Shown here: one piece after another, positions 6,205-14,156 of the stretch
Layout: every line of letters begins with the position of its first letter
Position numbering within the stretch: the stretch's first letter is position 1
DNA from: Serratia marcescens
Lineage (GTDB): Bacteria; Pseudomonadota; Gammaproteobacteria; Enterobacterales; Enterobacteriaceae
Direction of reading: 5' to 3'
Assembly: GCA_015548865.1 (NCBI GenBank)
Contig: JADMXW010000031.1
Coordinates: forward strand, 1 to 32,000
Length of the DNA stretch: 32,000 nucleotides
Position numbers and translations under genes: made by a program
The notes under the pieces: generated by a model
Databases searched by the model: none
Told to the model about the DNA's origin: nothing
The model's input: only the letters and a program-made list of their open reading frames with translations

Positions 6205-6445
6205 GGTAAGCGAGAGAATGCCTGAAAATTCTTGTTATGTTATTGCGGTAAGGAAATACCATGCAGAGGGAAGTCAACCTCATGTTATTCATACTTTTTT
6301 CACAAAAGACCGTGAATTAGCTCGGAAAAATAACAAATATTATTCAAGAAAGACGCAAGGTAAAGATTCTGTGCATTTTGAATGTGCTGAGGCTGGATTT
6401 ATCGTGACCCACTGGCAACCGCTACCAGAACCCACACAGGACTAA
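6191..6445 (+). CDS. DUF551-like phage protein
   Basis: MGWIKVSERMPENSCYVIAVRKYHAEG...VTHWQPLPEP pattern. Confidence 0.8.
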   Translation: MGWIKVSERMPENSCYVIAVRKYHAEGSQPHVIHTFFTKDRELARKNNKYYSRKTQGKDSVHFECAEAGFIVTHWQPLPEPTQD

Positions 6446-6447
6446 CC

Positions 6448-6522
6448 ATGATTTACCTGTATTTATCTGAACTAATAGGCTCGCTAATAATCGCGGGCCT
6501 TATTTTTACCCGGAGGATGTGA
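6448..6522 (+). CDS. Very small putative membrane peptide (24 aa; not in ORF track)
   Basis: MIYLYLSELIGSLIIAGLIFTRRM*; TGATG overlap with the next ORF. Confidence 0.4.
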   Translation: MIYLYLSELIGSLIIAGLIFTRRM

Positions 6523-6665
6523 TGAGCGACAAAACTGAATGCGACGTTTGCGGAAAAGAGATTTCCACTCTGGCTATTTACAGTGGCGATGGCAATGAGG
6601 AATTGTGCGCCGATTGTTACCACGACATTTACGACATCGATGAAGATACTTTGATTGAGGATTAG
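6522..6665 (+). CDS. Small CxxC...CxxC putative zinc-binding protein (47 aa; not in ORF track)
   Basis: MSDKTECDVCGKEISTLAIYSGDGNEELCADCYHDIYDIDEDTLIED*; GGAGG upstream. Confidence 0.65.
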   Translation: MSDKTECDVCGKEISTLAIYSGDGNEELCADCYHDIYDIDEDTLIED

Positions 6666-6667
6666 CC

Positions 6668-6826
6668 ATGAGCACAGAACAGCAGCAACAATTCCTTGAG
6701 CGTTGCATAGAAGAGCAGCGTAAGCGCAATGCACCAGATTTACTCCGCCTATGGAGGTTGCAACAGGAAGAGAAATATCTGAACGAAATCCGCAGTTTCT
6801 ACCGAGAAATTAACTGGAGCCTATGA
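6668..6826 (+). CDS. Small hypothetical protein (52 aa; not in ORF track)
   Basis: MSTEQQQQFLERCIEEQRKRNAPDLLRLWRLQQEEKYLNEIRSFYREINWSL*; overlaps the next start. Confidence 0.6.
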   Translation: MSTEQQQQFLERCIEEQRKRNAPDLLRLWRLQQEEKYLNEIRSFYREINWSL

Positions 6827-7059
6827 TGAGCACAGAACAAATTTATGCAGAATTTGATAAATGGTGGCACGCGCCAGAACAGCATGAATTGCGGATTAGT
6901 TGCGCAAAAGGCTGGGGGTTCAGGATATGGCAGGCGAGCAGGTCTGAGTTACTCATTGAGTTGCCGTCATGGGACAGCTACGACACGACGCAGCAAATAA
7001 TTTCGGAAGCCGCCGATAGAGTCCGCGCAGCCGGAATAACAGTGAAGGAGGGGGCATGA
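6823..7059 (+). CDS. Hypothetical phage protein
   Basis: ORF in tightly packed nin-like operon. Confidence 0.7.
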   Translation: MMSTEQIYAEFDKWWHAPEQHELRISCAKGWGFRIWQASRSELLIELPSWDSYDTTQQIISEAADRVRAAGITVKEGA

Positions 7060-7367
7060 TTTTCTTATCAAGATTTGCACTTCGATTCAAAAATGCGAAA
7101 ACCGTAATTCGTCAGATTAAGAACGGAGAATGGATACCAAGAATGAATGGCATTGACAGGTCTCACTACACGGCACATCGAGATGGGCACATTTTGTGGA
7201 TGGCAAACGGTGCGTTTTTCTGCGACTTAAAAGACCGTGACAGCTACGATGATTTGATGGCGTTCGGTCTGATATGGCGGCATTGGGTGTGGTGGGCTGC
7301 GGCAAGAAAATTAAAGGCGGAAGCAGACAAAAAAACGCTACGTGAACTCAACCCTCCAGAATTATGA
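7056..7367 (+). CDS. Hypothetical phage protein
   Basis: ATGA overlap with preceding ORF. Confidence 0.7.
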   Translation: MIFLSRFALRFKNAKTVIRQIKNGEWIPRMNGIDRSHYTAHRDGHILWMANGAFFCDLKDRDSYDDLMAFGLIWRHWVWWAAARKLKAEADKKTLRELNPPEL

Positions 7368-7375
7368 GGTGACCA

Positions 7376-7843
7376 GTGAAGCAAACCTATCTGCTTCGCA
7401 ACGAAGCAATCAGAAATAACGCAATAGACACCATCCTCACACTACCAATCGACGACAAGTCACCGCACGAAATCCACGTTAAAGAACCCAAGCGAAGCAA
7501 AGCACAAAACGACCGCATGTGGCCGATGTTGCAGGACGTTTCGCGGCAGGTGCTTTGGCATGGTCAGCGGTACGACGAAAGCGACTGGAAAGACATTTTC
7601 ACCGCGCTATGGCTGAAGACGAAACGGCAGGAACAACGCAGTGCGCCGGGCATTGACGGCGGCGTTGTGCTGTTCGGCGTTCGCACAAGCAAGATGCGCA
7701 AGGCCAACATGACAGAGTTGATTGAAATCATATTCTGGTTTGGCTCAGAGCGAAATGTCAGGTGGAGCGATGACTCTCGACGTGAATATGAATTATCTCA
7801 ACGAGCAGGGGATAAAAATGACAACAAGACGAGCAATCTGTGA
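7376..7843 (+). CDS. ninB: NinB recombination protein
   Basis: KEPKRSKAQNDRMWPMLQDVSRQVLWHGQRYDESDWKDIFTALWLK...RWSDDSRREYELSQ typical of NinB. Confidence 0.9.
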   Translation: MKQTYLLRNEAIRNNAIDTILTLPIDDKSPHEIHVKEPKRSKAQNDRMWPMLQDVSRQVLWHGQRYDESDWKDIFTALWLKTKRQEQRSAPGIDGGVVLFGVRTSKMRKANMTELIEIIFWFGSERNVRWSDDSRREYELSQRAGDKNDNKTSNL

Positions 7844-8126
7844 GTACCTCAAATCTCACGGAAACGGGACATTCAAACAGCTACGTGAACACTGCGAAAA
7901 GGCCGGAGTAAGTTGCTCTAGTGGCGGCATATCTTTTTGCGTTGGTGACATGCTAAATCGCGGAGAGGTTTACCGCACTGGCAAGCCCGGAAAATACGTT
8001 TACCTCCCCACTGAGCTACTCAAAGAAGAAATCCCCCGGCAATCAAGAGAGACGAAAGTGCATAAAATTAATCATGCCAGTCTCCCGGCTATGTTCGATC
8101 GGCTACTGCGCGAGGTGCGGGGATGA
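7818..8126 (+). CDS. Hypothetical protein, possible winged-helix
   Basis: Internal ATG of the listed ORF; MTTRRAICEYLKSHGNGTFKQLREHCEKAG... Confidence 0.65.
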   Translation: MTTRRAICEYLKSHGNGTFKQLREHCEKAGVSCSSGGISFCVGDMLNRGEVYRTGKPGKYVYLPTELLKEEIPRQSRETKVHKINHASLPAMFDRLLREVRG

Positions 8127-8668
8127 GCTACCACGATTCTACAACACCGAAAGAAAGCCGCGATACATGGTGCACGCCACCTGAAATTTACCACGCATTA
8201 AACCGTGAGTTTCACTTTGTCGGTGATGTGGCAGCCAGCGACACGAATCACCTACATCGCGTATACCTGACGCAAGAAACCGACGCGCTATCTGTCTTGT
8301 GGGGCATGGCATTTAATGATGGATGCGTGTGGTGCAACCCCCCGTATAGCGATATTGGTCCATGGGTGGAGAAAGCGCAGGAAACAACATGCAGCCCCCC
8401 AGGTGTGGTAATGCTGGTCCCCGCCGATGTGTCCGTTGGCTGGTTCAAGCAGGCATTGATCGACGTAAGCGAGGTTAGATTCATCACTGGCGGCAGACTG
8501 GCATTCATCAACCCGGAAACAGGAAAGCCATCAGGTGGCGGGCGAATGGGCTCAATGCTGCTTATCTGGAACCGGCAGCGGCCCGGAACGCGGATATTCA
8601 CCACCGTAGAGCGTGACGAGCTAATGGAATATGGCGCGCAGATTCTCGCAGTAAGGAGCGCTGCATGA
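8123..8668 (+). CDS. Phage N-6-adenine methyltransferase (Dam family)
   Basis: DTWCTPPEIYHALNREFHFVGDVAASDTN...VWCNPPYSDIGPWVEKA includes the NPPY motif and family architecture. Confidence 0.9.
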   Translation: MSYHDSTTPKESRDTWCTPPEIYHALNREFHFVGDVAASDTNHLHRVYLTQETDALSVLWGMAFNDGCVWCNPPYSDIGPWVEKAQETTCSPPGVVMLVPADVSVGWFKQALIDVSEVRFITGGRLAFINPETGKPSGGGRMGSMLLIWNRQRPGTRIFTTVERDELMEYGAQILAVRSAA

Positions 8669-8850
8669 TGCGAAGCCCCACGCAAAAAGTTATGGACAGC
8701 ATGATATTCAGACCTACCCGCCGAAGCAGAAACAAGCCAAAACCAATCCCACCCGCTGATGAAGTTACCACGCTGAATTACACGGCGCGGCTTACCGACT
8801 CTATGTGGGCACGGAGAAAAATCAGGAGGCCAAATGTTACTAACCGATGA
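8665..8850 (+). CDS. ninE: NinE-like protein
   Basis: FRPTRRSRNKPKPIPPADEVTTLNYTARL resembles lambda NinE. Confidence 0.85.
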   Translation: MMRSPTQKVMDSMIFRPTRRSRNKPKPIPPADEVTTLNYTARLTDSMWARRKIRRPNVTNR

Positions 8851-9043
8851 TGAGATAGAAGCCTATCAAAAAGGCTGCCTGCATCGCTCATGGGGCGTGA
8901 GCTACGAAGGCTATCCGCTTTGTTGTGCATGCGGTGCTGAGATGAAAAACGGTGAGGTATACGCACATGCAGAATGCGCTGAAAGGCTGCTTGAGGGTGA
9001 AGTAACTGAGAGAGTTAGGAGCGAAAACGATGGCGAATCTTAG
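8834..9043 (+). CDS. Hypothetical protein with Cys pairs
   Basis: CCACGAEMKNGEVYAHAECAERL; packed between nin genes. Confidence 0.65.
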   Translation: MLLTDDEIEAYQKGCLHRSWGVSYEGYPLCCACGAEMKNGEVYAHAECAERLLEGEVTERVRSENDGES

Positions 9044-9320
9044 AAAAGAGGCCAGGGGCAGAGAGTGCCAGGTGCGCTTACCGGGCATCTGTAACGGCAA
9101 TGCAGAAACCGTAGTGCTGGCGCATTACCGGATGTCTGGCATTTGTGGCACAGGAATGAAGCCTGACGACCTTTTCGGCGCATGGGCGTGTTCTGCGTGC
9201 CATGACGAGATAGACCGCCGTACGCGCCTCACAGACGCCGATAGCGCACACCTTGCTCATCTTGAGGGGGTGATCAGGACGCAAGCTGTTTTACTGGCAG
9301 AGGGGAAAATCCGGCGATGA
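9030..9320 (+). CDS. ybcO: YbcO-like putative nuclease
   Basis: MANLRKEARGRECQVRLPGICNGNAETVVLAHYRMSGICGTGMKPDD...CSACHDEIDRRT closely resembles E. coli DLP12 YbcO. Confidence 0.92.
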   Translation: MANLRKEARGRECQVRLPGICNGNAETVVLAHYRMSGICGTGMKPDDLFGAWACSACHDEIDRRTRLTDADSAHLAHLEGVIRTQAVLLAEGKIRR

Positions 9321-9679
9321 TTGAATATCACCTCAAGCTGCCTTGGCCGCCCAGCGTTAACACATACTGGCGACACGCAAGGGGAAGGCACTACATCAGC
9401 GAGAAAGGCACAGAATACCGACAAAGCATCATCCAGATAATCCAGCAGCAAAACCTCGATATCAACACTCCCGCAAGACTGAAAATTTCCATCATCGCCA
9501 ACGCTCCGGATAAACGACGCCGTGACCTCGATAACCTGCAAAAGGCGGTTTTCGATTCGCTAACGCACGCTGGATTCATGCTGGACGACGAGCAGATAGA
9601 CGATTTCAGGGTAAGGCTCGGCGAGAGGGTGAAGGGCGGCGGTCTGGATATCGTCATCACTGAATTGGAGGGCGTATGA
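9317..9679 (+). CDS. rusA: RusA Holliday junction resolvase
   Basis: LPWPPSVNTYWRHARGRHYISEKG...RRRDLDNLQKAVFDSLTHAGFMLDDEQIDDFRV. Confidence 0.95.
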   Translation: MIEYHLKLPWPPSVNTYWRHARGRHYISEKGTEYRQSIIQIIQQQNLDINTPARLKISIIANAPDKRRRDLDNLQKAVFDSLTHAGFMLDDEQIDDFRVRLGERVKGGGLDIVITELEGV

Positions 9680-9837
9680 TTATCATCGCGGTGGTTATTT
9701 ACTCATTCATGGCAGGGATGATGTCTGAATGGATTCATACAAAGCTTAAAGAGGCTGGTAAAACGGAACACCTGACGCTATGCGCTCTCTTCTGGGGCTG
9801 TCTGTGGCCGGTGACGCTGTGGAGGATGATTGTATGA
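9676..9837 (+). CDS. Small membrane-like hypothetical protein (53 aa; not in ORF track)
   Basis: MIIIAVVIYSFMAGMMSEWIHTKLKEAGKTEHLTLCALFWGCLWPVTLWRMIV*; ATGA-type overlaps both sides. Confidence 0.55.
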   Translation: MIIIAVVIYSFMAGMMSEWIHTKLKEAGKTEHLTLCALFWGCLWPVTLWRMIV

Positions 9838-9944
9838 AACTCCTTACCTATATTTTCTCACTCTTCACCCCAATAACCCCTCAAGTACAGCCAACCAGCT
9901 ATCAGAACTGGGATGCAGATCCAAAACGGAGGAAAGCTAAGTGA
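9834..9944 (+). CDS. Tiny ORF between rusA and Q (36 aa; not in ORF track)
   Basis: MKLLTYIFSLFTPITPQVQPTSYQNWDADPKRRKAK*; GTGA overlap with Q. Confidence 0.4.
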   Translation: MKLLTYIFSLFTPITPQVQPTSYQNWDADPKRRKAK

Positions 9945-10762
9945 ATTTAGAGTCGATACCGAAATACTTCTCACCGAAATCACCGAAACTTTCCGACGAA
10001 TCCCCAGCAACAGCAAGTGACAGCTTAGGCATTAGTGATGTGATGGCCGCCATTGGTATGACACACCAGTCTGGCGGTATCGGGTTAGATTTATTTCTGG
10101 CTAAGATTGGCGTCAGCAGCCCAGATAAAGCGATAGAGGGATTGATAGGCATTGCACGAAGTCTGGCAGGACGATGCAAGCCTATCTCTGAACTCGATGA
10201 AGATAGTAAATCGGAACTACTGCAAGTGCTCGCAACGTTTGCGTATCAGGACTACGCGCGGAGTGCTGCCAGCGTCAAGCCGTGCCCGGATTGCACGGAC
10301 GGGTTTATTGATGCGGAGGTATTCACCACAAAATCACACATGCCATTTCACGCACAGGAAATAATCACCATGTCTAAACGGATGGACGTGGAGATAATCC
10401 CAAAAGAGTTTGAGATTGAGCGGCGGGTTAGAGAGGTTGTCAGGGTGCAATGCCCGACATGCGGCGGAAAGGCGGTCGTCAGCAATTCATGTCGCTGCAA
10501 AGGGAGAGGTAAAGTTCTGGACGAAGAAGCGACGAAAGCGAATGGAGGCTTGCCGATCCACAAAGAATGCCCGAAATGCAAAGGGAATGGATACCGCAAA
10601 ATGCCATCTGAGAACGTCAGGCGGGCCGTGTGTTTGCAGGTGATGGAAGTATCACAGCCTAGTTGGTCGCGCCACTACAAGCCTCTTTATGAGGCTATTG
10701 TGGGGGAATGCTTCAAGGAGGAATCAAAGGCATCTGCCGCGCTACATAAAATTACACGATAG
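9941..10762 (+). CDS. Q: Antitermination protein Q (GTG start)
   Basis: ATFAYQDYARSAASVKPCPDCTDGFIDAE...CPTCGGKAVVSNSCRCKGRGKVLDE...CPKCKGNGYRK, DnaJ-like zinc motifs; immediately upstream of pR'. Confidence 0.93.
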   Translation: MNLESIPKYFSPKSPKLSDESPATASDSLGISDVMAAIGMTHQSGGIGLDLFLAKIGVSSPDKAIEGLIGIARSLAGRCKPISELDEDSKSELLQVLATFAYQDYARSAASVKPCPDCTDGFIDAEVFTTKSHMPFHAQEIITMSKRMDVEIIPKEFEIERRVREVVRVQCPTCGGKAVVSNSCRCKGRGKVLDEEATKANGGLPIHKECPKCKGNGYRKMPSENVRRAVCLQVMEVSQPSWSRHYKPLYEAIVGECFKEESKASAALHKITR

Positions 10763-10804
10763 GAGCACAATCGCCACGGATGGCGGCGTTTTAAAAGCAT
10801 AGTC

Positions 10805-10832
10805 TTGACATTTGAATGGATTTGCCCATAAT
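10805..10832 (+). promoter_or_regulatory. Late promoter pR' (TTGACA-N16-CATAAT)
   Basis: Near-consensus hexamers after Q, followed by GACTCTAACAATGGGTTAATT, very similar to the lambda pR' initial-transcribed/pause region (GACTCAACGATGGGTTAATT). Confidence 0.9.
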
Positions 10833-10838
10833 GACTCT

Positions 10839-11082
10839 AACAATGGGTTAATTGCCTGTTGTTCGTGGTTGAGAAGTAGGCCCAGCGAACCATAACCTAA
10901 GTGGGCCTAGTTGGTAGGAAGTACCGAAGTATGGTATGAGTCAACTCCAACCATGCAGGCTGAGAGGTCTGTCATATCGATGTACTGTTAAGCGAGCAGC
11001 GAATCGTTAGCGGGGATGGTCCCGCCAAACCGCCTGAAAGGGGCGGTGCCAATTCAAGCCACTGCTAACGCGGTGGATTTTT
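10839..11082 (+). ncRNA. Late leader RNA (lambda 6S-like), ends near tR' candidates
   Basis: Contains GTTGGTAGGAAGTA...CAACTCCAACCATGCAGGCTGAGAGGTCTG, similar to the lambda pR' leader (GGAACTCCAACCATCGCAGGCAGAGAGGTCTG). Confidence 0.7.
11059..11082 (+). terminator. tR'-like rho-independent terminator
   Basis: CCACTGC-TAAC-GCGGTGG-ATTTTTC; a second hairpin ACCGCC...GGCGGT lies at 11029-11047. Confidence 0.7.
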
Positions 11083-11089
11083 CATTTCA

Positions 11090-11164
11090 GGGTCAGAAGC
11101 ACAGCGGTTGTGCGTTCGGCTGTTAACCGAATGGTCGAAGGTTCGAATCCTTCCTGTCCCGCCA
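11090..11164 (+). tRNA. tRNA-Asn(GTT)-like, slightly degenerate, encodes CCA
   Basis: Acceptor GGGTCAG/CTGTCCC (one T-T mismatch), D stem GCAC/GTGC, anticodon stem TTCGG/CCGAA with loop CTGTTAA, T arm GAAGG-TTCGAAT-CCTTC, GCCA end. Confidence 0.75.
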
Positions 11165-11303
11165 CATTTCAGGCTGCGCTGTTGCGTGGCCTTTTTTATT
11201 TAGCGACCGGCAATCACTCCCTCACTCCTCCTGTAGCTCTTTGCCGGATCGCTTCCCTTTTTCAAATCACACACAGCGCCAACCCCACTGGGGAGGTGAG
11301 GCT

Positions 11304-11489
11304 ATGAGAATGGACAAATATTCAAGCGGCACCGCCATAGGCTGGGGTTCGTTTACTGCGATGTTGGGCGCTCTGTCACTCAATGATTGGGCGTTAATAG
11401 TTGGTATCATCTGCACGCTTGGCACATTTGGCGTCAATTGGTACTACAAGCGGAAAGAGTTTCAGCGCAACGCGGCGGCACAAAAATGA
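11304..11489 (+). CDS. Holin (phage 21 S-like) with dual-start motif
   Basis: MRMDKYSSGTAIGWGSFTAMLGALSLNDWALIVGIICTLGTFGVNWYYKRKEFQRNAA: two TM helices, basic tail, upstream of lysozyme. Confidence 0.85.
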   Translation: MRMDKYSSGTAIGWGSFTAMLGALSLNDWALIVGIICTLGTFGVNWYYKRKEFQRNAAAQK

Positions 11490-11965
11490 ACCCGTCTCTG
11501 CGCAACAAAATTGCTGGCGCTGCTGCTGGCGGTGCTATCGCTATTGCTACTGTGCTTATCCAGTGGCATGAGGGCGTTAGCTATACTCCATACAAAGATG
11601 TGGTTGGCGTGCTCACCGTATGTTACGGGCATACTGGCCCCGACATCATCCCCGCCAAGAAATACACGCAGGAAGAATGCGATTACCTGCTAGCGAAAGA
11701 CATTGCACCTGCTGCTACTGCTGTAGAGAAAGCCGTAAAGGTTCCGATGACCGACATGCGCAAAGCTGCGCTTATCTCCTTCACGTACAACGTTGGTGCT
11801 GGCTCTCTGAATCGCTCAACGATGCTGCGCAAGCTTAACGCTGGCGATACTTCCGAAGCCTGTGACGAACTAAAGCGCTGGGACAAGGCAGGCGGTAAAG
11901 TCTGGCGCGGATTAACTTACCGCAGGGCGGTGGAGCGTGAGCTATGTCTATCAGGGCTACAGTAA
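11486..11965 (+). CDS. SAR endolysin (R21-type lysozyme)
   Basis: N-terminal signal-anchor IAGAAAGGAIAIATVLIQ; catalytic E-8aa-D-5aa-T in HEGVSYTPYKDVVGVLTVCYGHTG. Confidence 0.95.
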   Translation: MNPSLRNKIAGAAAGGAIAIATVLIQWHEGVSYTPYKDVVGVLTVCYGHTGPDIIPAKKYTQEECDYLLAKDIAPAATAVEKAVKVPMTDMRKAALISFTYNVGAGSLNRSTMLRKLNAGDTSEACDELKRWDKAGGKVWRGLTYRRAVERELCLSGLQ

Positions 11966-12489
11966 TCGCCGTTCTTCTTGCTCTCATTGCTGCGCTGTCA
12001 TTCGGCGTCTACTACTATCACGACGCATACAGCGATGAACAAGGTAAAACAGAAAGGCTGACGCAAGAAACCGCTGGTCAAGCATCGGTAATTGCAAAGC
12101 AGGCTTTCGAGTTTAACCGCTTCAACCAGATATCCCAGCAAGCCAGCCAGTACGCAACCAACATCAAGGCCAAATCAGATGAGCGACAAATCATTATTCG
12201 GACGGTGGTCAAGAAAGACCCGGCTAGCGGCCGGTGCGTGCCTGATGATGTTGCTAGCCGGTTGCTCGACTACACGAACAGTCTACGTGCCAGCGCAATG
12301 CACGGAGATACCGGAAAGCCTGACGCAGCCAGTGTTAGCACCATTACCGCCGCCTGCCGACTGACATACGCGCAGGCGGTTTACTGGATTGACCCGCTGT
12401 TGACGGCGATTGACCAAGCGAATAGCCAACTGGCAAGCATCAGGGAAATCGAAACAACCCGACAGAACAACCCCGACAAGGTTAGATAG
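11944..12489 (+). CDS. Rz: i-spanin Rz
   Basis: N-terminal TM, periplasmic coiled region, follows endolysin with overlap, contains nested Rz1. Confidence 0.85.
   Translation: MSIRATVIAVLLALIAALSFGVYYYHDAYSDEQGKTERLTQETAGQASVIAKQAFEFNRFNQISQQASQYATNIKAKSDERQIIIRTVVKKDPASGRCVPDDVASRLLDYTNSLRASAMHGDTGKPDAASVSTITAACRLTYAQAVYWIDPLLTAIDQANSQLASIREIETTRQNNPDKVR
12179..12364 (+). CDS. Rz1: o-spanin Rz1, nested in Rz
   Basis: MSDKSLFGRWSRKTRLAAGACLMMLLAGC lipobox and proline-rich PLPPPAD end; different frame fully inside Rz. Confidence 0.88.
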   Translation: MSDKSLFGRWSRKTRLAAGACLMMLLAGCSTTRTVYVPAQCTEIPESLTQPVLAPLPPPAD

Positions 12490-12523
12490 CTCTCTCGTAA
12501 CGGAGATTCAAAACGACCAATAA

Positions 12524-12549
12524 GGCTTCGCTCAGGCGAGGCCTTTTTT
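12524..12549 (+). terminator. Terminator after lysis cassette
   Basis: GGCTTCGC-TCAG-GCGAGGCC-TTTTTT. Confidence 0.7.
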
Positions 12550-12633
12550 ATGCACGCAATCTAGGCTGATCCCCGAAAAGACGTCGCGCCAACGTCCTGG
12601 TTGCGTTCACTAATTGGCGATAGTGAGGCGACT

Positions 12634-13221
12634 ATGTTCAATGTTGCATATCTTAAATCACTCGAAATCAGAAAGCCCCTTACCGTAAGGTTGATGAAAC
12701 GAGTTGAGGTGGATGAAGATTCAGGATGCTGGGTGTTCATGGGCAGTAAAGACCGTTGTGGTTACGGAAGAATGAAGGTTGGGCCTCACAGCTTGGGCGC
12801 TCACAAGGTCGCGTATTTAATGCTGGTCGGAGATTACGACCAATCAAGACTTGAATTAATGCATACCTGTGACAATCCAGCATGCATAAATCCTGATCAC
12901 CTTATCCCCGCCACCCACAAAGAAAATATCGATGACTGCATAAATAAAGGAAGACACACAAGCCAAATATACAAGGCACATCTTGGCAGGAAGAGAAAGA
13001 AAGTTATCGATAATAACCATAATGAAAAAATGAATGGGTCTGGTTTAATCGCCTTTTTCTCATCAAGAAAACTTGCTATCGCATTAGGTGAGAAAACCTA
13101 CAGCGGTTCAGTCTGCGAGAAGCATCAAATGACGATAAGAAAGACAAACAACGGTGCTTGCATTTATTGCATGGAAGAATACCGGATTAACAAAACAGCA
13201 TCTCGCAGAGCTCAATGCTAA
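12634..13221 (+). CDS. HNH homing endonuclease
   Basis: DEDSGCWVFMGSKDRCGYGRMKV...AHKVAYLMLVGDYDQSRLELMHTCDNPACINPDHLIPATHKENIDD: HNH_3-type motif. Confidence 0.9.
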   Translation: MFNVAYLKSLEIRKPLTVRLMKRVEVDEDSGCWVFMGSKDRCGYGRMKVGPHSLGAHKVAYLMLVGDYDQSRLELMHTCDNPACINPDHLIPATHKENIDDCINKGRHTSQIYKAHLGRKRKKVIDNNHNEKMNGSGLIAFFSSRKLAIALGEKTYSGSVCEKHQMTIRKTNNGACIYCMEEYRINKTASRRAQC

Positions 13222-13295
13222 ATTCTTGGCAGCCGGAAAGACGGAAGTGGCGGCGCAACGTCGAGAGACGCGGCAATGCTGCGAAACAAACAATG

Positions 13296-13319
13296 AGGCT
13301 CGGTTAATCCGGGCCTTTT
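13296..13319 (+). terminator. Rho-independent terminator
   Basis: GGCTCGG-TTAAT-CCGGGCC-TTTTT. Confidence 0.65.
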
Positions 13320-13471
13320 TGTGCCCGTAGGAAACCAAACAGTGCATTCGCGTGCACTTCACTAGAGAGCTTTCCGTAGTGTGAGTCTGAGATAGGGCGG
13401 TGGATTACATCGTTCCGCTCTCGGCTGCCCATGTCTACGCGAACAGGCTCGCACCACAGAAGGTAAATACG

Positions 13472-14155
13472 ATGCAATTAGTAATTTCTGATGTTGCCGT
13501 AAAGCAAGATAAAGATGGTCGCTATTGTCTGAATGATTTACACAAGGCGGCTGGTGGTGAACGTCGTAACGATCCGCATGATTGGATGCGCCTCAAACAG
13601 ACAAAAGACCTCATTAATTTATTGAGCGATACGGGAATTCCCGTAACGACCGTAAAGGGTGGGAAGAATCAAGGTACATTCGTGTGCAAGGAATTGGTTT
13701 ATTCCTACGCCATGTGGATAAGCCCCGAGTTCAACCTCCGGGTTATTCGCACATTTGATGCTTTGGCCGCTAAAGAGAAGATTCGCGTTTCTTATCGAGA
13801 TACAGCTCGTCTTGAATACAAGCCCATGACCGACGCTATCAAGCATGAGCGACAGGCTCAGGGTAAGCAGATTTCACCGCACCACTTCAGCAACGAGGCC
13901 GACCTGATTAATCGTATCGCGCTTGATATGACGGCGGCGAAATTCCGCGTCTATCACGAGATTGATAAGAAAGAGAGCATCCGAGACTACCTGACACCTG
14001 AGCAGATCCACTGCATCACCGAGTTGCAGCGTGCAAACACGGTATTTATCAGTATGGGCTGGGACTTCGAGCATCGCAAAGAGGTGCTGAAGGGGATGTT
14101 TGAGCGCAACCACCGGCAACCGTTGATTGAAGAACAGCACAGATTGGCGGCATAG
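13472..14155 (+). CDS. KilA-N domain protein
   Basis: KQDKDGRYCLNDLHKAAGGERRNDPHDWMRLKQTKDLINLL...YSYAMWISPEFNLRVIRTFDAL. Confidence 0.9.
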   Translation: MQLVISDVAVKQDKDGRYCLNDLHKAAGGERRNDPHDWMRLKQTKDLINLLSDTGIPVTTVKGGKNQGTFVCKELVYSYAMWISPEFNLRVIRTFDALAAKEKIRVSYRDTARLEYKPMTDAIKHERQAQGKQISPHHFSNEADLINRIALDMTAAKFRVYHEIDKKESIRDYLTPEQIHCITELQRANTVFISMGWDFEHRKEVLKGMFERNHRQPLIEEQHRLAA

Positions 14156-14156
14156 C

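Noticed and set aside
7722-7817. N-terminal extension of ORF 7722..8126
   Set aside because: It overlaps ninB extensively; ATG 7818 fits coupling better.
8123-8668. Adenine methyltransferase as part of a restriction-modification system
   Set aside because: No adjacent restriction endonuclease; the gene sits in the nin-like region as an orphan phage methylase.
12634-14155. HNH endonuclease plus KilA-N gene as a possible defence module
   Set aside because: Each is a common independent phage accessory gene, and a terminator lies between them. Nothing in the sequence ties them into one system.
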